DNA from: Parcubacteria group bacterium
Lineage (GTDB): Bacteria > Patescibacteriota > Minisyncoccia > Minisyncoccales > UBA10102
Direction: 5' to 3'
Length of the DNA: 64,000 nt
Assembly (NCBI GenBank): GCA_016203945.1
Contig: JACQLT010000002.1
Location: forward strand, 73,585-137,584
Positions within the stretch are counted from its first letter, which is position 1. Every line of letters starts with the position of its first letter. Below are positions 57,506 to 64,000 of this stretch, one piece after another. A model generated the notes under the pieces. That model was not told where the DNA came from. It was given only the letters and a program-made list of their open reading frames with translations, and searched no databases. Position numbers and translations under genes: made by a program.

Positions 57506-58693
57506 TTATACGACCCGCTTGCGGAGCTGGTCAACTAAAGGAGGGAGCGTCTTTAAGACCCGCACGATATCCTCTTTTGTTGTGCGCCTACCAAGGGTGA
57601 TGCGCAACGAGCCCAGGGCTTCTTTGGGAGACATGCCGAGCGCCAACAATACGTGTGAGGGCTCCTGAGAACGCTCAGAACACGCGGATCCCGTAGAAAC
57701 CGCAACGCCCTTCTGGTCAAGCAGCATGACTAAATCCCTCCCCTCTATTCTGGCAAACGTGAAGTGCGCGTTATTTGGAAGGCGCCTTGCCATGGAACCC
57801 GTGCAGGCGCTCTCTGGAATCTGCTTTAACACGCTCTTGATGAGTTGATCCCGCATGTGGCGGATGCGCACTGCTTCCACCTGAACCTTGGGGCTCTGGA
57901 GATCGGCCAGCGCTTTTCCCATACCAACGATCGCCGCCACATTTTCCGTACCGGAGCGCAGTCCCCCCTCCTGGGACCCTCCCTCCAGCAGAGGATCTAC
58001 TGCCACCCCTTTGCGCACGAACAACAGCCCTGCGCCCTTGGGCCCGTAGATCTTATGCGAACTCAGCGTACACAGATCTATGTGAAGCTGTTCAACGCTG
58101 CAATCCAGAAAATTTGCGGCTTGCGCCGCATCCGTGTGGAATACGACTGACGATTTTTTTTTCTCTCTGATCATGCGCCCGATTTCAGCTATCGGCTGCA
58201 CGGTGCCGATCTCGCTGTTCGCGTACTGCACGGAAACCAACACGGTATTCTCTTTGATTGCTTTCCCAACGTCTTCTGCATGCACTATCCCATCCTTGCC
58301 AGCTGGTATATATGTAGCCTCTATAATCCCTTCTTTCTCCAATTTCTGAATTGGCGCCAACACCGACTCGTGCTCTATTGCCGAAGTAATCACGTGCGGC
58401 TTGACCGTTTGCTCGCCCTGAGCCGCGTCGAAAGGTCGAACCACTCCCCGAATGGCGAGATTGTTCGCTTCTGTGGCTCCTGAGGTAAAGACGACTTCAT
58501 CTGCTGCGCAATGCAGGAAGGACGAGGCCTGCAATCGAGCCCGCTCAAGCGCCGAGGTAGCTCTCTGCCCCATGTGATGGAGAGAAGAAGGATTGCCGTA
58601 TTCCTGCTTCAGATACGGCATCATTACGACGAGCACGCCGGGATCCACCGGGGTTGACGCGGCATAGTCGAGATAGAGTGTTTTCTTTCTCAT
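57506..58693 (-). CDS. iscS: Cysteine desulfurase (group I)
   Basis: YLDYAASTP, FTSGATEANN, HTDAAQA, SSHKIYGPKG, STGSACS. Confidence 0.92.
   Translation of the reverse strand: MRKKTLYLDYAASTPVDPGVLVVMMPYLKQEYGNPSSLHHMGQRATSALERARLQASSFLHCAADEVVFTSGATEANNLAIRGVVRPFDAAQGEQTVKPHVITSAIEHESVLAPIQKLEKEGIIEATYIPAGKDGIVHAEDVGKAIKENTVLVSVQYANSEIGTVQPIAEIGRMIREKKKSSVVFHTDAAQAANFLDCSVEQLHIDLCTLSSHKIYGPKGAGLLFVRKGVAVDPLLEGGSQEGGLRSGTENVAAIVGMGKALADLQSPKVQVEAVRIRHMRDQLIKSVLKQIPESACTGSMARRLPNNAHFTFARIEGRDLVMLLDQKGVAVSTGSACSERSQEPSHVLLALGMSPKEALGSLRITLGRRTTKEDIVRVLKTLPPLVDQLRKRVV
58415..58435. repeat. 21-bp REP-like element, family B, in-frame in iscS
   Basis: GCCCTGAGCCGCGTCGAAAGG; encodes PFDAAQG. Confidence 0.65.
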
Positions 58694-59427
58694 GCGTTTT
58701 CCTTGTGGGAATGCAGTTTTCTAATCTTGGAAAGATGTTCAAACCGGTACTTGAAAATGTCCGAGCGAATGGGGCCAATAAGGATCATGTATACCTCTGC
58801 AAGCAGGTACTGGACGATGATTTTTTTCATGTCATCTTCGGCTCTCCGCGGAGAAACGAAAAACTGGTGTTTTGTCAAAAATCCAAACTTTCCTTGTTTT
58901 GCCCCAGCCCGAATGTACATAAAATCCTCACCAAGTTTGATTGTTTCGTCAAAACCGCCCACTGCTTCATGCAGCCACTTCTTTATCACGATGCAGTTGG
59001 TGGCATGCGGGTAGAATTTCTCAATACTCTTGAAGTACAGAGTATACAATTTCTCAAAGAGGCGATAAATCTTTTTTTTCCCGTGTATTTTCATGGAACA
59101 TCCCGCAATGTCCAGACGCCTTCGCTCAAACTCTGGAAGAAAACGCTCCAGGAACTTTGGGGGCAGTATCGCGTCCGCATCCAAAAATATCAAGATTTCG
59201 CCCTTTGCGACTTTTGCTCCCTCGTTCCTTCCCTTGCCCGGCATCCCCCCTTTAACCACCCTGCACCCGAACGCTCGTGCGATCTCAACGGTGGCATCTT
59301 TGGAATCCGCATCTGCGACAATAACTTCAAGATCTTTAAACTTCTGCTTCTTAATGGAACGGAGGGCTTTGGGCAAATAGAGCTCTTCGTTTAGAGTGGG
59401 AATAATAATGCTGACTCTGGGCCGCAT
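58690..59427 (-). CDS. GT2 glycosyltransferase
   Basis: VSIIIPTLNEE, DADSKDAT, GRNEGA, FLDAD, GGFDE...GED. Confidence 0.88.
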   Translation of the reverse strand: MRPRVSIIIPTLNEELYLPKALRSIKKQKFKDLEVIVADADSKDATVEIARAFGCRVVKGGMPGKGRNEGAKVAKGEILIFLDADAILPPKFLERFLPEFERRRLDIAGCSMKIHGKKKIYRLFEKLYTLYFKSIEKFYPHATNCIVIKKWLHEAVGGFDETIKLGEDFMYIRAGAKQGKFGFLTKHQFFVSPRRAEDDMKKIIVQYLLAEVYMILIGPIRSDIFKYRFEHLSKIRKLHSHKENA

Positions 59428-59429
59428 GC

Positions 59430-60911
59430 CTACCAGTATATCATACGTTCCTTTCTGGTCCTCCAAACAAAGAGGCCCGCTCCCGCGAACAGCGTGGCAG
59501 AAACAAAAGTAGCTCCCTCGCCCACGGCAACTGCCGCGAACGGAAGACGGGAGAATGCCTCTGCTACAAACGAAAAATAGGAGAGGAGGAATATGAGGGG
59601 CAGGGAGAACAAGAATGCCGCGGCGCTCCCCAGCAAGTTTCCTGCCAGCAGAAATACCAGACCGGCCCCCACGAGCAAGGGAGCTATGGGGCCTATGAGA
59701 ATATTCGTGATTGGAGATACAAGAGACACGAAACCGAAGTTTGAGATGATGATTGGAAGCGTAAACAGCTGGGCTGCGATGGTCATTGCCGCAACGTCGC
59801 GAATGCCGAACATCTCAGGAAGCCGCGCGAATGCCCTTCTGAAATACGCATGGCACCATAAAATCCCCAGAACCGCGAGAAACGAAAGCTGAAAGCCAAC
59901 ATCCCGTGAGAGAAGCAGGGGGTTGAGCGCCAGCATGACAGCTCCCGCAAACGCCAATGCCCGAATGGAGTCGCTCCTTCTGCCAGCAAGCGTTCCTGCC
60001 ATTCCCAAGGTTCCCATAATGCCTGCGCGAATGGCAGAGGCCTCAAATCCGGTCACGACGATAAACAGGATGACGAACGCGAGAACGAGAAGAGTGGCCT
60101 GCTTCTTCCATAGCCCGAGCATGAGAAAGACCGGCAGCAGAATTGCTGAGAATATGGTGATGTGCTGCCCTGAGATTGCGGTGACGTGCGTGAGCCCGGT
60201 GCGATTAAGCGCCGTTGAAAAATCGTCCGACCAGTCGCTTTTGTCCGCGAGCAGGGTGGCGGCCAGAATACCGCTTTCAGGAGGAGAGAAGTAATTTCTT
60301 ACCATTTCTTTCCATTTCGTCTTTTGCTCAAACAGCCGGCGCATGAAGCCATCTGCAAGATGTTGAGGGGGCTCAATCCCCAAGCTCGCGATCGTGGGAT
60401 AGTACATCACCGCATACACGCCGTCCTTTGCCAGATACCTACGGTAATTAAAATCTTCAAATACAGCGGGGGTTTGGAGCTTGCCCTGCACGGATATCGT
60501 TTCTCCATAGTGCCAGCTTGTAAATGGGTTTGTAGTGAGAAGAATCAGTCCCTGTTGTTCGCCTTTGGGTGCCACGACAAGGCGGCTGCTCCCCTTACGC
60601 TCTTCTGGATCTCTTACGATCGTTCCTGAAAACGCGAATGGCTCTTGGCGCTCTATAAGATCTTCGAAGTGCGCAGAAAGAAGATTCTCTCTTGCGATTG
60701 CCTGGGTATGCCGCGCAATTCCCACCAAACAGCTCACCAAGAAAACTGCACAGAGTACGGCTCTCGAATCGCGAAAGGGGGCGAGAAGAAAACAAACGCC
60801 AGCCGTGGCAAAGAGAAGCTGGACGAAAAAAGGAATTGAAACGGCGGACGAAAGGGCGACGCCTCCAATGAATGCCCAGGCCCCGAAGAACAGCAAGCGG
60901 GAAATTCTCAT
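59430..60911 (-). CDS. comEC: ComEC/Rec2 DNA-uptake channel (OB + Competence domains, no beta-lactamase domain)
   Basis: FNYRRYL, TGLTHVTAISGQH, SAIRAGIM, DVGFQLSFLA. Confidence 0.92.
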   Translation of the reverse strand: MRISRLLFFGAWAFIGGVALSSAVSIPFFVQLLFATAGVCFLLAPFRDSRAVLCAVFLVSCLVGIARHTQAIARENLLSAHFEDLIERQEPFAFSGTIVRDPEERKGSSRLVVAPKGEQQGLILLTTNPFTSWHYGETISVQGKLQTPAVFEDFNYRRYLAKDGVYAVMYYPTIASLGIEPPQHLADGFMRRLFEQKTKWKEMVRNYFSPPESGILAATLLADKSDWSDDFSTALNRTGLTHVTAISGQHITIFSAILLPVFLMLGLWKKQATLLVLAFVILFIVVTGFEASAIRAGIMGTLGMAGTLAGRRSDSIRALAFAGAVMLALNPLLLSRDVGFQLSFLAVLGILWCHAYFRRAFARLPEMFGIRDVAAMTIAAQLFTLPIIISNFGFVSLVSPITNILIGPIAPLLVGAGLVFLLAGNLLGSAAAFLFSLPLIFLLSYFSFVAEAFSRLPFAAVAVGEGATFVSATLFAGAGLFVWRTRKERMIYW

Positions 60912-61870
60912 TCCCTCGGGCGTAGCCCTATGGGCGAGCTATTGGGAAATCCGCAAGCGAGCACTGTAATCTGTACTTCTCCTGGCTTTAAATCCCTATC
61001 CCGAACCGCTCCGAAGATAGTTTTGGCTTCGGGGCTCGCCTTCTGGCGCAGAATGTGCGCCGTCTCTTCAACTTCCGCCAACGACAAATCATCGAGCCCT
61101 GCGATATTGAAGAGAATCCCCCGCGCGCCCTGTATGGAAAGCGCAAGAAATGGCGAGTTCAGCGCCCGGTCAAGGGCTTGCGTGATGCGACGCTCTCCCT
61201 TTGCCTTTCCCATGCCGAATACGGCTCTTCCCGAACGCGCCATGAGATTGCGCACGTCCGCAAAGTCTACGTTGATGAGACCGGGCTTGGTGATAAGGTC
61301 GGAAATTCCCTGGACTGCCTGGCGCAACACCTCGTCTGCGGCCCAAAACGCATCCACCAGAGTGATGTCTGGAGAAGCGAGTTCCAGCACCCTATCATTG
61401 GGAATGACGAGAAGGGTATCCACGATGCGCTCCAGATCTTTCAGGGCTGCTTGGGCAAGCCGCGAGCGCCAGGATCCTTCAAAAGAAAAAGGTAGTCCCA
61501 CTACGGCCACCGTAAGCGCCCCTTGCTCTTTCGCAAGATGAGCAATAACGGGAGCAGCTCCTCCTCCGGTGCCTCCTCCAAGGCCCGCTGCCAAAAATAC
61601 CATGTCAGATCCTTTTAGCGCCTGCGATATTTCAGCTGCGCTTTCCTGAGCCGCCTTTTTGCCAAGCTCGGGATTCATACCAGCTCCCAATCCTTTCGTA
61701 CTTGCCTCGCCAATGCGAAGCTTCCGATGCGCTCTGACGCTCTTGAGGTCCTGTACATCGGTGTTCGCCGCAATAAGGTCAATACCCTTAAGGTCGGCTG
61801 CCATCATGCGATCCACCGCGTTTCCCCCGGCTCCCCCTATGCCGATAAGTTTGATGATTGCCTTGTTCAT
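60908..61870 (-). CDS. ftsZ: Cell division protein FtsZ (no C-terminal tail)
   Basis: GIGGAGGNAV, NTD, GLGAG, GGGTG, PFSFEG, INVDFAD. Confidence 0.93.
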   Translation of the reverse strand: MNKAIIKLIGIGGAGGNAVDRMMAADLKGIDLIAANTDVQDLKSVRAHRKLRIGEASTKGLGAGMNPELGKKAAQESAAEISQALKGSDMVFLAAGLGGGTGGGAAPVIAHLAKEQGALTVAVVGLPFSFEGSWRSRLAQAALKDLERIVDTLLVIPNDRVLELASPDITLVDAFWAADEVLRQAVQGISDLITKPGLINVDFADVRNLMARSGRAVFGMGKAKGERRITQALDRALNSPFLALSIQGARGILFNIAGLDDLSLAEVEETAHILRQKASPEAKTIFGAVRDRDLKPGEVQITVLACGFPNSSPIGLRPRE

Positions 61871-63075
61871 GGTAGGAATACTCTAATTGCTTTCTTCACG
61901 GTTTTCCAGGCGTTGCCGGGACGGGAACCGTGGACCCCGCCTCCGGATTCTGCTATTTCATAAGCCCTGCGCACCAACCCCATTGCCCCGAAGAATGCGG
62001 GGTCTGCCTGCGCGTTCCAAATACCCTGGGGAGTTCCCCGTTTTACCGACACGCGGAATTCTTTCTTGCCGAACTCTATGACCCCGGGAAGTTTCACTCC
62101 GCCCCCTGCCAGAATAACTCCGGCTGGCAGCTTGCCTTGCCGAGCCACCTTTTTCAGCTCCTTGTTTGCGAGCTGAAAAATCTCCTGCATGCGGGAAGCA
62201 ATGATGTAGGTGAGAAGCTTGCGGGGAAACTTGATTTCCTCTCCTCCTTCAATCTGTACCCTCTCAACGCGCTTTCCCTGCGAAGAAAGGCAACTCCCAT
62301 ATTCCTTCTTGATGATTTCTGCTACCTCCGGAACCGTACGCAGCCCAATGGCGATATCCTGAGTAATATTGTCAGAACCTATGGGAAGCACCGCGAGATG
62401 GATAAGATCTCCTTCTTCAAACACGGCGAGTCCGCAGGTAGCCGCTCCCACGTCCAAAAGCGCAACTCCCGACTCTTTCTGGTTGGGAGACAAAAGCGCG
62501 TGAGCAGAAGCCAGAGGAGCTGGCACGATGTCTGCGATTTCCAGGCCCGAGGCGAGCACGGCGTCGCTCAGGTGTTTCACGTAGGGAGAGAAAGCACAGA
62601 TTGCGGCAACCTCCGTTTCCAAACGGATGCCCCTCATGCCCACGGCCTCCTTGACTCCGCCGTTTCCATCCACGATGAATTCTTGTGGAACCACCTCTAA
62701 AATCTCCTTATTGGAAGGGAGGGAAAGGGCTTGGGCTGCCTGCAGCACCCGCTCCACGTCTTCTTGCGAAATCTGGCCGTCGGCACGGGAAACCGCAACA
62801 ACCCCTCTTGAAGGGGTGATAAAGATATGGCTTCCGCCAATAGACACTACCGCTTCTTCTATTCTTCTGGAAATCGTCTGCTCAAGGCGCGTCTTGAGCG
62901 CGGAAATTCTCTTTGCGAGCTCTTCTGGATTCACCACGGCTCCCTTACGCACGCCCGCAGACTGCTCTTCTCCAAATGCGATGATCTCAAGTCCTTCGCC
63001 TTCTCCCTGGGGCTTTGCCGCAATCATCTTTAAGGAAGCGGATCCTATGTCCAGGCCGATAAAATGGGTCTTCAT
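61867..63075 (-). CDS. ftsA: Cell division protein FtsA
   Basis: GLDIGS, GVRKGAVV, GMRGIRLE, DVGA, ITQDIA, GGG. Confidence 0.93.
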   Translation of the reverse strand: MKTHFIGLDIGSASLKMIAAKPQGEGEGLEIIAFGEEQSAGVRKGAVVNPEELAKRISALKTRLEQTISRRIEEAVVSIGGSHIFITPSRGVVAVSRADGQISQEDVERVLQAAQALSLPSNKEILEVVPQEFIVDGNGGVKEAVGMRGIRLETEVAAICAFSPYVKHLSDAVLASGLEIADIVPAPLASAHALLSPNQKESGVALLDVGAATCGLAVFEEGDLIHLAVLPIGSDNITQDIAIGLRTVPEVAEIIKKEYGSCLSSQGKRVERVQIEGGEEIKFPRKLLTYIIASRMQEIFQLANKELKKVARQGKLPAGVILAGGGVKLPGVIEFGKKEFRVSVKRGTPQGIWNAQADPAFFGAMGLVRRAYEIAESGGGVHGSRPGNAWKTVKKAIRVFLP

Positions 63076-63094
63076 AGTGAGCTTGTCGAATCTA

Positions 63095-63502
63095 TCATGA
63101 AATGCGAGAACGATATGACTTCTCCTTACTGGCCATTTGACTATGAGTATACCCGATCAGATGCAATATGCCGTGTACAAGCATCCAGGCCATTGCTCTT
63201 TTATATGATATACCATATTCTTTGGCATTTTTCCTAATCTCAGAAGGACACAGAACAACCTCTCCCAATCCAAGCTCTGGAATGGGCTTGCCCTGAGCGT
63301 CGTCGAAGGGAAAAGACAGCACGTTCGCAGCCCTGTCTTTCTTCCGGTATATTCTGTTGAGCTCAAGCATGCGTTTCTTCTCTAGCAGCACAATGGATAA
63401 CCCTGCTCCCCTCTGTTTTTCAAAGCGCAGCACCGACTGCGCAACTTTCTTTAAAAACTCCCGGGGGACAGTTTCTTTGGTAAGATTATTCAGCTCAATC
63501 AC
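63095..63502 (-). CDS. ybeY: rRNA maturation endoribonuclease YbeY
   Basis: LNRIYRKKD, VLSFP, LGEV, VHGILHLIGYTH. Confidence 0.92.
   Translation of the reverse strand: MIELNNLTKETVPREFLKKVAQSVLRFEKQRGAGLSIVLLEKKRMLELNRIYRKKDRAANVLSFPFDDAQGKPIPELGLGEVVLCPSEIRKNAKEYGISYKRAMAWMLVHGILHLIGYTHSQMASKEKSYRSRIS
63290..63310. repeat. 21-bp REP-like element, family B, in-frame in ybeY
   Basis: GCCCTGAGCGTCGTCGAAGGG; encodes PFDDAQG. Confidence 0.65.
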
Positions 63503-63576
63503 GATAATATATTGTATCCTTTTTTAGGATTCCATCAAGGCCTTGACTTCTCGTCCACATGCCCTATGCTGGCATC

Positions 63577-63697
63577 AGTATCCTCCTTATTAGGGGTTAA
63601 TCGCGTCGCGGAGTTTCTCTCCGTTTCGCCGCGAGCGCGGTTTTCCTGGGGGGCGACGAGGGCTTGCCTGACCCCTTTGTCGCCCCCCCCTTTTTTT
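63577..63697 (+). ncRNA. Candidate small RNA
   Basis: TTGACT-16-TATGCT at 63543-63570, GC-rich hairpins, terminator GGGGGGCGACGAGGG...CCCCTTTGTCGCCCCCC followed by T7. Confidence 0.4.
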
Positions 63698-63749
63698 ACC
63701 GCATTACCGCTAAAACCTAGCTCGCCAAGCAGCATCGGAGAAACACCAA

Positions 63750-63791
63750 AGGGGGTGTCAGCAATATGCTGGCACCCCCTCTTCATTTTTT
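63750..63791. terminator. Terminator-like hairpin
   Basis: AGGGGGTGTCAGCA-ata-TGCTGGCACCCCCT followed by CTTCATTTTTT. Confidence 0.6.
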
Positions 63792-63859
63792 ATAACAACC
63801 TCTCCGGTTCCTCCTTGTTCCTTGTCCCGGACAAGGAAATGAGGACAAGGAGATGGTGG

Positions 63860-64000
63860 CTATGATAAGAGGTCTTTTACCTTTTGGCTGACGAGAGAAC
63901 CATCGGCACGACCCTTCACTTTAGGAGCAAGCGCTCCCATGACTTTGCCCAGATCTTTTGGGGCTGCGGCTCCCGTGTTTGTGATTGCCTCTTTAACCAA
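63860..64000 (-). CDS. GatB/YqeY domain protein, C-terminal end (5' part off window)
   Basis: Hand translation LVKEAITNTGAAAPKDLGKVMGALAPKVKGRADGSLVSQKVKDLLS*. Confidence 0.85.
   Translation of the reverse strand: MVKEAITNTGAAAPKDLGKVMGALAPKVKGRADGSLVSQKVKDLLS

Noticed and set aside
4399-62700. Long antisense ORFs (e.g. 4399-5088, 7639-8451, 18087-18950, 53760-54638, 61930-62700)
   Set aside because: They shadow well-supported genes on the other strand and have no recognisable motifs.
63512-63865. ORFs 63512-63865(+) and 63535-63786(-)
   Set aside because: They run through strong hairpins and show no protein-like motifs; the region is better explained as non-coding.
1-64000. CRISPR array, rRNA, transposase or integrase
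   Set aside because: No regularly spaced repeat-spacer series, rRNA-like tract or recombinase motifs were seen.
1-64000. Alternative genetic code (TGA=Gly as in Gracilibacteria/SR1)
   Set aside because: Conserved genes are full length in the standard code and many end in TGA with ATGA coupling.

Overview
Gene-dense bacterial chromosomal segment in the standard code. Gene content and style point to Patescibacteria/CPR, Parcubacteria-like (inference): short UvrC, phage-holin-family gene + secG + orphan SBP, ECF sigma + DUF5667-like partner, giant peptidoglycan-binding surface protein, near-leaderless genes. (1) 1-26.5 kb is a minus-strand surface-glycan locus. It has pseB/pseC/pseI, a second divergent NeuB with SpsF-type cytidylyltransferase, class-III aminotransferase and kinase, a lone Fe-S APS reductase, several methyltransferases, and a Gfo/DegT/ATP-grasp/GT2 module. 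It also has a free-standing AcpS-FkbH-ACP-GNAT-(MaoC+SDR) acyl-building cassette fused into the pse operon. (2) 26.6-36.8 kb holds two tandem O-antigen-ligase/TPR proteins, a 1142-aa S-layer-like protein, an ECF sigma/anti-sigma pair and an HTH protein. (3) 36.8-38 kb is an array of tiny promoter-gene-terminator cassettes. (4) 38-64 kb is mostly housekeeping: lamin-tail protein, uvrA, uvrC, secG, tRNA-Leu(CAG), rnj, trpS, PMM/PGM, rpsF-ssb-rpsR, clpB, htrA, iscS, comEC, ftsZ, ftsA, ybeY, yqeY. Signals not in the ORF track: a GNAT-methyltransferase fusion, a 31-aa membrane peptide between uvrA and uvrC, two candidate sRNAs, short palindromic elements lying in-frame inside conserved genes, and a recurring intergenic CCTTG-N7-CAAGG box that is twice joined to DnaA boxes. 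No CRISPR array, rRNA or transposase was seen. All calls come from motif recognition by eye; no database searches were run.
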